Part shown: positions 1-14,800 of the stretch, in pieces
Layout of the letters: the number at the start of each line of letters is the position of its first letter
Numbering within the stretch: position 1 is the first letter of the stretch
NCBI RefSeq assembly: GCF_022539665.2
Contig: NC_081331.1
Coordinates: 1,364,001 to 1,428,000, forward strand
DNA: 64,000 nt
Direction: 5' to 3'
Origin: Daphnia carinata
Lineage: Eukaryota
Translations under genes and position numbers: made by a program
Notes under the pieces: generated by a model
What the model was told of the DNA's origin: nothing
Database searches by the model: none
The model's input: only the letters and a program-made list of their open reading frames with translations

Positions 1-3000
1 CATCGAGGATATGTGTGCTAAATAGCATCCACATTGCGCATTAAAGCTGCACACATGAAACAAATGATGCCCTTTTCTTCAGACTTCAACGTCCATTAGT
101 CTCTTCGATGTATCAAAGATCTGGCGTTCCCACACGTCCAGCCTTACGGTTAATCGGACGTAGCTACTTCATTAGCAATAGTTGAAATTACAAGTTCGAA
201 GTGGACATCTTGAGCTGTGTGGATTGTCAAAAAGACTTCGTCCCATAAAGAAACGGGATAAGAAAAGCAAAATGTGCGTTTCCCCGGCAATGATCACGAT
301 GTCTTGATGCCATACAAACAGATCAGATCCGAAAAAGGAATTCACGCAAGAACCAGCATTCAGTTTCTACAGAAAATCGATGTGCCACCAACATAAGCAT
401 TATCCCGTTTGTGGTATAGGCAGCATATGCTGACCGACGTAGTTTATTTGCAGCGCTGCACAAGCTTATCAACTTCACATCGCACTCAACGACCCTTAGA
501 TTTTCAACATCTACGGCGTTACTATAACCAACGACTGCAATGCTCCGTCTCTATTTCTATCGTTACACAATCGTTTTAAGCCCAGACACTATAACCCTCA
601 TCGGATTATCAAGGACTCGCAATAAAAAAAAAAGCAAGCAAACTGTGATTGGAACCGATAAAACCACAAAAGTCCCGAAACTCGGGAGAACCCTTTTAGC
701 CATTTAAGGGACTTCGTTTACGACTGATGATCTATTGGAATGGACGTATCTATGCATAGCTTAAAAGATATAGGTTATACTTTATATGTGTTGCATGTAC
801 GTGCATCCTGTAAATAGAGTGAGAATAGAGTTCTTTAGAGAAAGAAAATGCAAAGAGCTGTACCCACTACGTATAACATGATGGCCCAGTCCAACAACAA
901 TAAAGAGATGTTGGACTGGTCAAAGCAACGTGGATGTGGTATACGGCGGATGTGTGGCATAAAAGGCTATTCAATCAGATAGATGGGATGGAACGAGCAA
1001 TGCGGGTTTCTATACGCGTTCCATGGCTCGTGATTGAATGCCCGTCTTGGTACTCGACGTGGTACTATACGACGTATTTATTTACACTTTTGCTACAAAA
1101 GAGAGAGAGAAAAAAAAAAGAGTTCTATTCATAATTCATAGTCTATCTATGTATGTCATATTGAATGTAATAAAATGGATAACATGAGCGTCGAAAAGAA
1201 ATCCTATGGCCGCCACAAAAACAGGCAAGAAGAGTAGCTCAAGTTCTTCAGACGGGTAAGTGTGTTTTTTTTATACTGTACGACGTACGAAGTAAAGTAG
1301 AGAATTTACATTTGGGGGGGAAGGGGAATGAGGAGGAAGAAACATGTTCGGCTACATGTGCTCATCATTTTCTTGTTATTGTACAACGAGGAGTTGCGTG
1401 AAAACACGGCGACATTTTAGTGGTAAATCGGGTGGATTTAGAAACGTTGGCCATTTGTCCTGTCCCCGGCTTATTGCAAGTCCTCTAGGAATATATATAA
1501 AAGAGAAGGAGCTGCATCCCTTCATTATGTTGCCTTTCTTTTTATCATGTGTATGATTGCTCCCCCGTCGCCCAGCGACATCCTTTTTATCTGGTTGTAT
1601 ATAAGGTTACATTAAGAGCTTACACACAGATACGTATATGAACAGACTCGTTTGCTCAGACAGCATCTTAATAGCCGACACACCTAAAGTATGTATTAAG
1701 ATTTAGCTTCAAATATTTTTTGGAGGAGGAAAAAGAACAGTAATTAAGGTTTATGGCTCTATTTGATTATCCAAGTTGCTCTGTACCTTTTGCCATTGTA
1801 TATTCATTTTAAAAGCGGCAATGAACTCGCGTCCGTGCCTCTTTAGAATTTCATGGCACGCGTTTCAAAACGAAGCCTTCCTCAAAAGGTTTTTGAGGAT
1901 TCTATGGTAATTTTTAAACAGTTTGTGACATTTCTAGGGTATACGCTTACTCGTTCCAGTGAAACCTTGTATAAGCCCGTATGTGTCAGCCAATTTACCA
2001 ATAAAAAAATGCTTCGAAAAGTGAAAAGAAAAAAGAAAGGCCTACACACAGTTGAAACAAGTACATAGTCAGTGAACCAGACGTGATGGGAAAGGAAACA
2101 AAAAAAAAAAAATGAACTGTCTATTTTTACCATGTTCTCAGTCGAATCGAGTCACCGAGTGAAGACGAACCGTAACAATCCATTCCTTCCTGAGTTTTTT
2201 TTTTTTGTTTGTTTGTTTCTCTTTTTGTTTCGTAACGGCTAACAAGCTTAAATACAAGCAATAATATCAAGTGGACTGATGCTTCAACGTCTAATATGGC
2301 ACAGAAGCAAAAACAGTTTGACCTGCCCATCTTTTTTCACTCCATCCGTCCTAAAAAAAAAAGGAAAGAAACAAATAGCATATTCTAACAGAGCCGATTG
2401 GTCTAGACCCTTACTGATTCCAATTTTTTTTTCTTTTGCGTCTGATGAATTCTCAGGAAAAAAAAAGGCCCACCAACAACCCCCCTGGATGTATAAAAAC
2501 ATTCAAAAAAAAAGTAGAAAATAAACAGGGACAAAGAAATAATAAAGATAGATTGACTCGATTCTCTTCTAGCCTTTGACTGACTCGTTGCTATAGATCT
2601 TCCTTTTTCTTTTCTTTTAGTGGAGATTTCCCCCTTTTTTTTTATCTGGATTTTTTTTCTGTCTTTCCTTTTTATTTCGCTGGGCTGCTCTTTTTGTACG
2701 CATTTTGTTTTTTTGTTTTTTTTTTCTGACAGTCGTGTGCCTTTTTGCATTTGCAAGCCACTGGCAAAATAGGACTGGCTAGAGGAAACAAAAGAATGGA
2801 TAGGATTTGCTTAAAAAATAAAGAATTGAGGAAGAAATGAAAAGAGAGAAAAAAAAAGGAAATGAACGCAAACACAAATGAAGCTCACCCGCCGGAAGAA
2901 GCCCGTTCCGAAGATTCCGCAGTCGGCGGAAGAGGGAGGGTATGGGACAGAAAACATCGAAGGATGGGCTTCCATACGGCTGGATTTGCCGAAGTATTTA

Positions 3001-3481
3001 TTGAGAACTTATTAAAGAAAAATCTACGCGGGGTTAGGAAAGCGGATAGCAAAGGTAATTTACAGCAACCGGAACGAAAATGAAAGAAACAAAACTTTAA
3101 AAAAAGAAAAAGAAAACGGAAACAAATCTTGGGGTTTATAAAAAATGTAAAATGTGGAAATGCAAAGAGCCGAAACGAAATTGGAATTTGTATGCGAGAA
3201 TTAAAAGAGTTGGCGTTGCGACTTCGCCTCGTTCGTACGTAATGAAAACCTCTGCCCTTTTTTGTTTCTCTTTTTTTTTACCTTAGTGCATCTGAATGTC
3301 TACCCCAGAACACGTGCACAGCCAATGAAAGGCTATCGTTCATGTACGCCAATACGTGAAACAAAAATAAACACTTTTGGTGGTTGTTATATGATTGAAT
3401 AAGACTCAAAAACAAGAAGGACAGTCAGGCAATGTACATATTATTTAGATAAACGAGTAGTTTTTATTTGTTGTGACTTAC

Positions 3482-3554
3482 GGTGCGGTAAAGTAGCCAA
3501 GACGACGACGAAGAGGTAAAGCGCTTTGCACATAAGCGATGCGAGCTGCTCCAT
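3482..3554 (-). CDS. First coding segment (signal peptide MEQLASLMCKALYLFVVVLATLPH) of a divergently transcribed secreted/membrane protein gene; exon spans 3482-3722; gene continues beyond the left edge
   Basis: Strong acceptor ttctccctgttttttgttgcag| at 3722, AAAATGG start with an in-frame stop 4 codons upstream, hydrophobic core, and a perfect phase-1 donor CACC|GTAAGT. Not in the ORF track. Confidence 0.65.
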
Positions 3555-6500
3555 TTTCACAGGCTACCGTGCTAATGCTTCTTCCTTTTTGTTTCTTTTT
3601 GGCTTCCTCTTGCTGACGTCGCTGTTCCTCGACGTCCTGACCGAGATGTGACGTTTAGAAGCTTTTCTCCGTTTTATTTTTATTTGAAAAAAAAGGAAGA
3701 ATTTCGTCTTTCCTTTTTCAGCCTGCAACAAAAAACAGGGAGAACGCATTTATATAAACGGTTGAAATAATCACTTCATCTGGTTTATTTATTGATACAT
3801 TTTTTAAAAGGCAAAAGTGCTAGTCCGCGCACAAGAAGTGTCTGTATAAAACTCAGCCAATTTTCCTCTTCCACTTTAGCGTTTCTACCCTATGGATGGT
3901 ATCTTCCTCTGGGGTAACCAAATACCCACCGTTTCCGTTACATTGAGACAGAGACACAGAGCACTCGTTTCTTTCTTGTAAATTCTCCAGAATATTATTT
4001 AGAGCACAATAATCCTACTGTGCCTTCATCCGCAAAATAGAAAAAGAAAGGGAAGAAATGGAAAGGAATTTTTTTTTTCTCTTTCACGAATGGCTTCAGA
4101 CTATTGATCGACGAGACATACGCGTCTATATCGAATAAAATGTTCCAACATTGCATCCTTTCTTTTCCTTTTACACGCTGTTGATTTCGTTTTTCTCATA
4201 TCAGTTCTTCTTTCATTTTGGTTACCTGTTCTTAATTTACTTGATTACAGAGCACGTAGCCTTTTACCAGGCAAAATGGGGGAAATGACGTCACACGATT
4301 TGTTAAGTTTTAAAAAAAAGAAAGGTTAAAGAAAAAAAAAAAATGCGCAAGGAAAGCTAATGGTAGGTCTATAAAAATCTAAAAGCGGGAGTAACTCTCC
4401 CTACTGCCATAAGTAATTGAGTGTCTTTTCCTGCCACCGACGTCACAGCCGCAACGGTTTTTTAACCAAATCTTTTAGTCCTACTGCAAATAACATCAGG
4501 TCGATAATTAAATCTCGCATTCTCTTCGTCCTCCTCCCCCTCCCATTTTTTTTTTGTGTTCTGCGTGCAACGGGAAAAGGTACACGCACACAACCGAAGA
4601 GCGCAAAGTAAATACGTCTCGACGGAAGTGTAAGAACAAACAAAAAGGCGAAGAAAAACTTGTCGTTAACAGGAAATTCAAGCGAAAGGAAGCACACAAA
4701 AGACGTCGATAGCGTCTATGCATTGAGACCAAAACACGTGAAAAGTCAAAAATCAAAGATCATTTGGCTTCTACTTTTTTCAAAAATTCAATTCGTGAAT
4801 TTTGCACAGTAGTCTACACGCATCTATTATTAATAACTAAAGATTCTTCTTTTTTTTTTTTTACGCATTTATTTATTTATTTGTTTATATATTTTTTCTT
4901 TTTTTTTCACAGCCAGAAGCGCTGGCTGGATTTACGGCTAGCGCGTTTTCGGCATGAATTATTCAAAGGTGTCACCCTTGCATTTATGTAACGCGCACGG
5001 CTATACTTAAAAAAATACACAGACATAGTTGCGTCTTCTATAAAGTACATTTAAATGCCAGCCCCACGTTTATTATGCCAACTGAAAAAGAAAAAAAAGT
5101 TTTTTTGCGCTTTCGTCAACTGTTTTTTTTTTATTTTTTTATTTTTTAGACAATTTTCTTCTTCACTTTTCCCACAAATACTAGTGAAGCGGAACTGACG
5201 TGCAACCGGGGTAAGATCCGGCAGAAAAGACGCCACGGAATCAATCGATAAACCTCTCCCAGTTGGATCACGCAGTTAGCGGTTTGGCTTGAGGTTTTTT
5301 CTTTTTTTTTTTTTTTTAGTTGTGTTACGACACTACTTTCCTCGTTAATTTGTATTTGTTTAACCTTATTCTTTCTTTCTCGCGTGCCCAGTGGCATGTG
5401 TCTGATCAAATAATTGGACATTTACGTCGCGTGGCCAAACAAAATGAGTGGGCCACATCACCAACGTCTAGCCTAAAAACGCCGTCAGCTCTGTGTCAAT
5501 ATTTGGACATTTTTAGGTACAATGAAGGTGCACAATTTTTATATAATTCTTGTCCCCGTCTCCTTGATTGCAGCACTTTTCTTTTCGTGACGTTGCAAAG
5601 TATGCGAAAATGTGATTTCTGGAAGAGCGAATGGAAGGAATTCAAAGTAATTGGATGGAGCGTACACGCGAAAAGGAAAAGTATGCTGTCAAATTCTGTA
5701 CGCTTGCATTTCTACAGAAAGCAGCGTAATAGTCGAGACGGAAAAAAGAATGAAAACAAAACAATTCTTTGCATGTATAACAGCGTCCGGATCGATACGG
5801 CAGTGCCAATCCCGAAAACTCGTATCGGGCGTCTTTAATCGTGTTTACATTCGTCAATAAAGTGTTGTCTTCAATAGTAGGCAAAGAAACATCGATAACA
5901 CGATAAAAAAAAATTATGAAAACAAAAATGCATTCATGCTTCAAAAAAGAACTTGTTTGTTGCGGATTATTTTCGGTAGCTGTTCAGAAACGTGAAACCT
6001 AGTTACGTGATCTTAAGGATCAAGCATCATACAATGTCCTAAATAGTGTAGCCAAACAATCTTTAATAAAAACACACACACACATTTACAACTATACGTA
6101 CGCAATATTGAGGAAAATTCTTTTTCCAGGGCAACAAGAGGCTAATCAACTCAGCGAATAATATAGCGTCAAGCGAGGGGCTGTGTTATGGCATAGCGGT
6201 TCAATTGAGTATAACAAGTCGTAGGTGGATATATAAGGGGGTGCGTTTGTTACTCGCTTTCGGGAATCGATGGTCCGACGCCCTTTGTGAATAGGTCCCG
6301 TCTCTGTGGGCGTTATATATATATATATATAGAGAGTTAGTTATACCGAGAAACGAGGGGACCCTCCTTCCCACTTGCAAACTATCACTCGGTTACATCT
6401 CTATGGCTTTAAATAAAAGCGAAGGGCCTTCGTGATAAAGGAAACTGTGGAAAGGTTTGCCCGATAGTAACGGTTCATTGTGTCCATCGTTTATAAAAAT

Positions 6501-6960
6501 GAGGGGCATGAGTGTCTACTCTAATATCGGCATTACATATATAGCCTTTGAAAGAGCGTCTTGTTCGCGTTTTGATCTAATTGATTGTGAATCGTATACG
6601 TACCATAGATAATGTGTGTCTGGAACTCTACTTTTTTTTTTGGGGGGGGGGCTCTTTGTCGTCTATATCCCTTCAACAACAGACGGTCGTGTTAAACTAC
6701 AGGACTCGAACGTGGAAAAAGAAAACTGTTGATTCACGCGCAACCTTAAGCCAGTCGCGGTCTCACGGTACTCTTTAGATGTATATCTAGTCTCCCGATC
6801 TTTTTTATACTTCATAAATATATAGGAAAAGACAGGATATGAGTCGAGCCTGTGATTTATCTAGCCAAAAAGTTTTTTTTTCTTTTTCTTTATCTGTTAT
6901 CCAATATATCCGTAGGGTACGGCAGACGCCAATCAATCGAAAGAAGAAGTTTTAAAAAAT

Positions 6961-6981
6961 GGGGGGGGGGGGGGGGGGGGG
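6961..6981. repeat. G21 homopolymer
   Basis: Direct reading. Confidence 0.9.
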
Positions 6982-8939
6982 AGGGAGATAAGATATAGAA
7001 TGTTACAGGACGTATTGATCTCACCTTTTCGGTTCGGTTGTCAATGTTCCGACAGGAACTCGCAGAATTTGCTTATTTTCTTTTTTATTTCAAACTGTCT
7101 CTACCGTGCACTTGCCACCATCGAGTCTTTCCTACTTCTAAACCCTAGAACGTTCCAACTGTTTCTTTTCTTCCAGACGAACTGGGTCAATTCGGCGAAA
7201 CGTAATACTAGGCTCTGCTGCATGGGGTGTCTCGGGCTTTACGAAAAGGTCAGAGATGTCAAATACCCGAACGTCACTACGTTTACACTAAATTTAGAAT
7301 TTTGCTCTTTCGCCTAGCCCCGAGAATGTCAGCATGAGAAAAAAACAAGCGTTCCATTTTCTTTTTCGTTTTGAAAACTGAAGTGAAAACGGCCAAATTC
7401 CCAACGGCTGTATGTGATTGCTCGTTTGTTTTCCTTTTCTTTTTTTTTTGTCCCCTTTTTTTTTTAGGTGTTCACTTTCCGTCCGAGATGTCGGACTGTT
7501 GTTGATGTAATTGGAAAACCGTTTTTCGCGGTAGAGCAGTACCGGCTGCTCTGTGTCCGAAAAAGACAGCGGGACGAAGGGTCTTCCTAGGAGGTTATTA
7601 CAACACGGACTCAAAGCGCTTTAGAGTGCGCGAATACTTATATAAATATTCCTTAAAAAAAAAGGGGAGTAAAAAGCCAAATGCTTGTTCAGGATCACGT
7701 AGAAAATAAGGACGTGAATTTTGTTTTCTACTGCCGACAGCGACGCCAGGTGCGAGATGTTGCACGGCTGGCCATCATCGATTCATGCGCCTGCTGTTGC
7801 TGATGTCCAAACACACTCAGACACACGCACACACACACACACACACAACACACACTCACACACATTTAAAAGACGGGTGAACTTTATACGGTGGGGAGTC
7901 CAACGCTATTATTTTTCTTCCAATCAGCTGCAAGTCAGTGCATGATGGGGGGAGGGGAGGTGAGACGTTATTCTTACTTTTCTTTCTAGGAATGTTAACT
8001 TTTATTCTCGCCTATTGTTTTTAATAGTTGCTGCCCTAGTATTTCTGAAGCAATTTGGGAGTCCTCTGAAGTTGTTTGTCCGCTAGCAAGCAGCCAAAGC
8101 AAATGGAATAACACTCGACTCGACTGCAAGTGAGAAAAATAGCGTGAAACAAGAAAAATCATCAAAACAAAAGCACCTTTGGGAACTGCATTCCCTACAT
8201 GTGAAAACGACCAGCTGACGCGAAGGATTCTGAGACCATCCAGCGATCATCGGCAAGAGTAAAAGCCAAAAACGATCGCAGTTGAAACGAAAAATATTGT
8301 TTCCTTCGGAACAACCAACAAAATTCTGAAGGGACTTTTCGAGATGATGAAAGAGGCGGTAATTAAACATATGCGGCAAGGTGAGAAAAAGACAAACGTG
8401 ATTTGACGTTTAGAAAACGGCCACCAATGCAAAATGAAAACTCGAGATTGAGTTATGACTTTGAAGCGCGTCGCTCCGTCGAAATTAATACAGCCGTCTT
8501 GACGTCTAACACAGACAAACGATCCTCTTCTTTTCTCTTTTCTTTAACTAGAAGATATGAAAGAAAAAAAAAATCAAGTCTCGCTCTCTTGAGCTCTGTC
8601 AAAGCAAGCGGTGGCAGTTGAAACTATCTTTTCTTTTTAAAATAGGAGAAAAAAAAAAAAAGCTCCACCGGAGTTTTTGATGATCCTGGAACAATAGTGA
8701 AGCAGTGATCCCTGGATGGATGATGGATGATTTTCAATCTAATAGTTAACAACACACACCAGTAGCACTATGTTTTTTTTTTTTGTTTTAACTGTTCACA
8801 CTTTGTAGTTATTAACGTTGAGGTCGTTAACTTGCGGCGAACAGTTGATAAAAAATAATTGAAACGAATTATTATATTAATTTTTTTTTTTTCAATCGAA
8901 AACTGTTCGTTTGAATGCTAGAAAACGAAAGATCCCACA

Positions 8940-9130
8940 CCGGCCGGGTGTTGTGGTTTCTTTATCCGGGACCGTTCGCTATCCGCAGAGGAGCGGAGAG
9001 AACTGGCCGGGTTCGGTTCTCGATCTGCTGCTGCTATAGAGAAAACTGTAGCACCACCAAGCCCGTCTAGCAGGCAGCAGCTGACGGACAGATCCTCCTC
9101 CTCCTTTTTCCCGTCGAGTTGTGTGTGTCA
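8940..9130 (-). promoter_or_regulatory. Possible promoter / transcription start of the leftward gene
   Basis: GC-rich island; the minus strand reads CTATAG about 34 nt upstream of an Inr-like CCAGTT (A at 9004). A candidate donor AAA|GTAAGA lies near 7977. Weak. Confidence 0.2.
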
Positions 9131-11860
9131 GATGAGAGTTGGGTGGCAGTGGGATGATGACGGTAGGATGTGGCGGGTGGAAAGAGGAGGAGCCCGCGTG
9201 TATCTACACGCACGCACACACGGGACGAATCGATGCCGCACCCGAGTTCCTCTCCCACCCGTTTTACCAGGATCTCCTTTATACCTCTCCTTCCTTCCTT
9301 CCTTCCTTCCTTTATCCCTTCGCCCTTCCTTCATCAGTGGCGGGTATAGAAGCAGAAGCATCGACCACCATCATCATGTGCCTGCCGTAGTAGCAAGAAC
9401 GGCCGACGTTGGTGGTTGACGAGGCGACGGCAGCGCCTGCACATTTTGCGGTCGCCTTCTGCTTTCAGCCGCCGTGATGTTGTGCCGATCCTTAGCTTAT
9501 CCACCTTCTATGTTGACCAGTATTCAGTTAAGAGGCTCCGTAAGGGTTTCGTTTGCTCTCTTGTCGAGTGTTGCGCATGTGTCACTCCCATTATCCGACA
9601 CACCCGTTTCTTGTTGAAGACAACGAGACACTTTGAATTTCATGATTTTATCCTTATTAAAGATTTCATTATTTTTCATTTGCCTTAGTATACAGCGATC
9701 AACATTTGGAGAAAAAGCGGGAAATATTTACGAACAGCCAAACAGATGGGAAAGAGGGAATTTACTACATTTCATTGTTGTTTATGTGTGACGGAATTCT
9801 TGCATACGAGCTACGAACTTATCAAGAAATACAAAATAGTGTGACATGTTTATTCAAGACGGCCACAAAAGATTGGACAATGAGAAGAAGCCTTTTCTGC
9901 ATGCGATCGCACAGAAAGCAAGAATAGAATGTAAAGATGAATCGCTAGATCTAGCACAGGCACACAATGCACCACATTTGTAACTTCACTTTGATCGAGT
10001 TATTGATCTCTTTCTTTCAAATTACACACACGAAATTCATCTCGATTCTTCGAATAAAAAATAGGCTGTTGCCTTAATGGATTACGTCATAAACGAGCAA
10101 CGAACAACATTTCTCGTACGTGCCTAATAAACGGTGAGTAGTATTGATTGTTCGTGTGCGTATAGCCGTCGTTTCTTTGAGGCTCTGGATTTCGCAGTAC
10201 CACTGAATCCTTGTGTTTCTGCGAATTATTATCATACCCGAGTTGAATACAACCCCTTAAGATTTACCGTAAGCATTCATGCTGGTGACCTAGCTGTTGT
10301 TGGGCTGCTGCCCAGGACGTTCTCGCTCGGCCTCACTAGGCGTTAGCGAAATATTGCGTGGAAACCGAGAGTTTTATATCAGAGCAGCTAAACGAGAATA
10401 ATGGTAATGAAATATCATGTATAATAAAATAGACAAAAAGAAAATATGTTTTCAAGTGTGTACGCCTGGATGCATCCGGATAGTTTAGTGGCACGCACAC
10501 CCAATACAAATGCTAGTACATATATATGTATATATACATATACATATGGCACGTTACCGGCTTTTGTGTAATATTGTTTGTGCGTAGACCCGGAGATAAG
10601 AGATAGAACAATTGAACGTTCCCATTTCTATTTGCATCCGTTTTCAAGTGTTTTGATTTTTTATTCCTTTCTGTTCTATATACCAGTTCAGCTTGTGCAG
10701 AACAAAAGAACGGGCAAAAAGAGGAAAGCAAAAGAGTCTTATATTGCTTTTTTTCCCCTCTTACTATGGTGCTCTTGATCCGTCAATATACTGAACACAC
10801 ACACATGTACATGCATGCCTGGTAGAAATATATATTATATATAGCCATCTTGGGAGAAAAGCGAGAGATTGTTTAGGAATAAAGAAACAGTTGACGATTT
10901 TTTATTCTTTCCCCTCCGATTCTTTATTTACCCTGTCGAAGTTTCGGTGTTATTATTTTTGTTTTTCTCGTGTATAAATATTGGTCGTCTTTTCTTTGCG
11001 TTTTATGCTCATATTTTGGATGCGCCATACAGAACTGGGAAAAGCTGTATATGCAAAAAAAAAAAACCTAGCGATTGTTTACTGTCCTCCAAAATTGTGA
11101 GACCATAAAACCTGATGGTTCTTACTCTTATTTCGCTTCTTTATTCCTTACTTCTCTTATTTCCATTCGATAAAATTCGCGGTAATACTTGGATTACCCC
11201 TTTTGTTTTTCTGCTGGCTACTACAGACAAGTCGGATGAAATGCATATGTTTCCTGTTGTTATCGAGTGTTCGGTTGAAGAAAGTCCGCGAAAAAAAAAA
11301 AACTTGGACTCAAAGTCACGAATCCCAAGAAAAAGAAAAGAAAAACGGAAATAAGGACCGACGTCGGGAATCGTAATGGCGAACCAACACGGACCGCTGA
11401 CTTTATTCAGACTATTTTTTTTTTTGTTAGTGTATACGCTCAGTGTTCTTTTGCACGAAGCAAAAGGCAAGTGAAAGTCGCAGTTCCTTACACCGAAACC
11501 CCTTTGCCCTTGTCACTGACTCTCTCTTTCGTGCCCTCCTCTCTCACTTTCCCTTGATTACAAGTTACGCCCTTCGCCCTGCCCGCCTGTCTTGCCTCTT
11601 ATGTTACGCTACGTTACTGTATCTAAGGGTAGTATGTGTACATAGAGAGCGCTAGCTGCCGCTGGCCCTACTTCACCTGGAAGAAGAAAAATCAAATAAA
11701 TACGAAGAAAAGGAAGAAAAAATTGGAAAGAAAGGAACGTCGCCGTGTGCTCCCTTTTTTTTCGTGATTGGCATTCTGCTCGCGTGCACCGTGCAGCCAT
11801 ATAACTGTGACATGGGGCTGAAATGGGGGATGAGCATAGAGGGACTAACGTCAATCTGCT

Positions 11861-11880
11861 CCCCCCCCCCCCCCCCCCCC
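11861..11880. repeat. C20 homopolymer
   Basis: Direct reading. Confidence 0.9.
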
Positions 11881-14800
11881 TTGCTGACTCTCTGGCCCTC
11901 TGGTCTGTGCACTACCTAATTCTCCAATTCGTTTCGCTTGACCCTAAATGTACTGACTACTACGTGGCGTTCGTTCGTTTGATGAACTCAATGGAAATGA
12001 ACCGTTTCGTTCCAACCGACCGTCTCCAAATCGACTTGCAATTTCTTTTCCTCTTTTTTTTTTCTCTCTTTTTGATTTTCTAATCATGTTGAGAAAATTT
12101 CAAAGTTCTTGATCATATGGGGAAGAACGTGATTGCTGGTCGCAGTCAATCACTGCCCGTCTATGCAAATGGGGGGTTTGCTTAATATCGGCGGCAATTA
12201 CAAAAGATTGCAAAATATCCGGAGCGGCTGTTTTTCATCACTTTAATGACAAGCCTTTCAAAACATAATCTACAGACTTCTTGAAGCAGTATCCATTGTT
12301 GCCCAGGGAGGGCCTCCTATTTAAGCATCGCATAGGCTAGGGGGGGGGGGTGTTATGTAACGATAGCGCCACGCGCTGTTTGGTCACATGACAAATGGTT
12401 ATTTTTCTCTGAGCTAGAAAGTTTTCACTACACCCAAAAATCTTCCCTTGGTTTGATATATTTTTCAAAATTTTTTTTATCCCCTTTTTTTCTGTCTTTT
12501 TCAAGTTCTTAGGTTGCGCTTATGATCCGCTCTCTAGTCAAATCTTGTGATCTATAGTGTTTGCTAGAGATTTTGACACGAACGAATGGAAGAGCTTGCA
12601 AAGAAGAATGACGACCGTTGACTTCAAATATTATGGTCATCCATATTGAAGCTAACCAAAGAGTTGCTGCTGCTGTCCCGCCGGATACTGCCGCCTCATC
12701 AACTCTAATACCCTGAATTTCAACTATTGGAAATAACGTTCGTCCCTCGTCTTATACGGCCATTAAGCGTCTTCGGGAATTGTCTGGAGTAATAAACGAC
12801 GACGTTTCCAAATGACGAAAAGAATTTGCTTTCAGCATGGACGCCCTTGTTTCCATGTATTAATCTAGAGGTAAATAACTGAATCCAGCGCGACCATGTA
12901 GTTGCACAAATTTTATTCCATCGTCCTTTCAGGAGACTTGTCAGATATTTTCGTATCGCTTTCCTTGCCTTTTCCAGCTTGAGGCTCAAACTTAAAATTT
13001 GCTTCCACCTTTTCGACAAACGTTTCATGCATAGTATCATACCCCTACGTTCGAAATGTTGCGTAATCAAAGAGTCCATAATCAGGGTTTTTGTTGGTGG
13101 CAGACCATGCATATCACTTGCGGTTCAGAATCTAATAAAGGTTTCAAAGAGGTGGGCCTTCGTTGATTTATTTGTGGAGAAAAATATGCCTATCGTCAAT
13201 TTGAGACTATACCATAAGCCCTGCTTGTCGTCTTTCCGTCAATGAATGCTCTAAAACTACTGGCTAGCCAGATCTTGAGAAAGGAAAGTTCTTTAAGATA
13301 TAGACTGAATCATACCGCGATCCTACAATTCCCCTGACCTATACAAAAGCTCACCAGCGTTCATTATTTTCCATCCTTTTTTCTTTCTTAACTCATTGTT
13401 CAGCATTTTTTCGTCGCTTTATCCCGTATCAATAAGAGACTTTCCTACGAGGAAACGACAACAAAGGAAGCAGTAGATAGTGTGTATCTAGAAAAGGGAA
13501 AAAAAAACAAACAAACAAACAATAGCTTTGCTCTTGCATTTGTTGGTACGAAATGCAAAGCAACGACTGCGGGGTATGTACATATACTACACATCCTATA
13601 GAATATCTATAATTTCATAGCCCCTCCAAATGCATAAAAGCCCGTGTGTGGTAGACATATCTGCGATAAATTTAGACGTCTGTCTTGTTACACGGGTGAC
13701 GTATTTTCTTCTCTCCATCATTCCTCGCTGCAACTTCTTTATTTTATTTTATTTTTTTTGTTTGTTTGTTTCGTTGTTGTTGTTGTTTCAAGCCTGGTGG
13801 AACCCTCGGTTTCACCGCTCCGATGCTCCGGTCTCGGAAGAGCAAAGAAGAAAGCCCGTATAGATATATCCTTGGCAATGGTCTTCTGGCACAGGCATAG
13901 ATATATACTGAGACACACGAAACAGAAAGATAATACATCTTGCACGCCTACGCTTCAATTCGCCAGAGTGGAGACGATTGCCGTACGTGCCTATGCACAA
14001 CGGCAGGTTCCATAATAGCGAAATATTGGGAAACGGGCGTGTGGACCGCAAAAACATTGATTGCGTGCAGTTCTTTATTAAAATAGTTGAAGCGGACTCA
14101 TTCTTATTGGAAATGTTCATGACATTTATGTTGAATGACGTTTGATTAAAGGGACGCGCTTGAGTTTCTTGCGTATATCTTGATGCAAAATGATCGTCTA
14201 CATCATTTGTGATCCAATTTAGAACCTTGTTATGCATGACGCTTGGTTAAGAATCTAAGGGCAACGGGTTGATATCCGCTCCGATAGGCTACCAACCAAG
14301 ACGTTTGTGAAGCTAAATCTATCTATATCTATCTAGCTAAGTGAGTGCTGAAAGAGAATTGCCATAAAGCAGGATTTGAAAAGATATACCTAAGCGGTGA
14401 CTGTGGCCAAAGATAAATATATATTTTATTAGATCTAAGTAGAATATGGATGAACGGACGCTGTGGATATACGCCGCGGTTTGTCGGTTGCTAATGGATG
14501 TAACGTCGATGTTGAGGTAATGATGATGTAATTGCATATGATAAAACACTGAGACGATAAAGCTGATGCCTTGGTTACAGTTGCTTTGATGCTGACGTCT
14601 TGATTTCTGTCCTTTTTTATGTGTGTTCCTTTCATCGATTCGCCTCAACCTTTCATAGGTCCACTGAATCCTCATCCTTTTTCTTTACTCACTCAAGTTT
14701 TTCTTCCATTTAAGTATTAGGAAGCAATGATCCCGGTCGGAGCTACCGTAGTAGCAAACGAGTTATGTGTTACGAAAGATAGGCTAAATGAATTTTTTTC

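Noticed and set aside
2889..2975. Minus-strand ATG..CGG|GTGAGC mini-exon MEAHPSMFSVPYPPSSADCGIFGTGFFRR
   Set aside because: Phase 0 is incompatible with the phase-1 exon at 3482, there is no signal peptide, and there is no other support.
5320..5838. 172-aa ORF, and similar 100-180 aa ORFs (e.g. 37410-37916, 44396-44878, 61033-61575)
   Set aside because: Non-ATG starts, F/K/L-rich composition driven by A/T runs, no recognisable domain or splice context.
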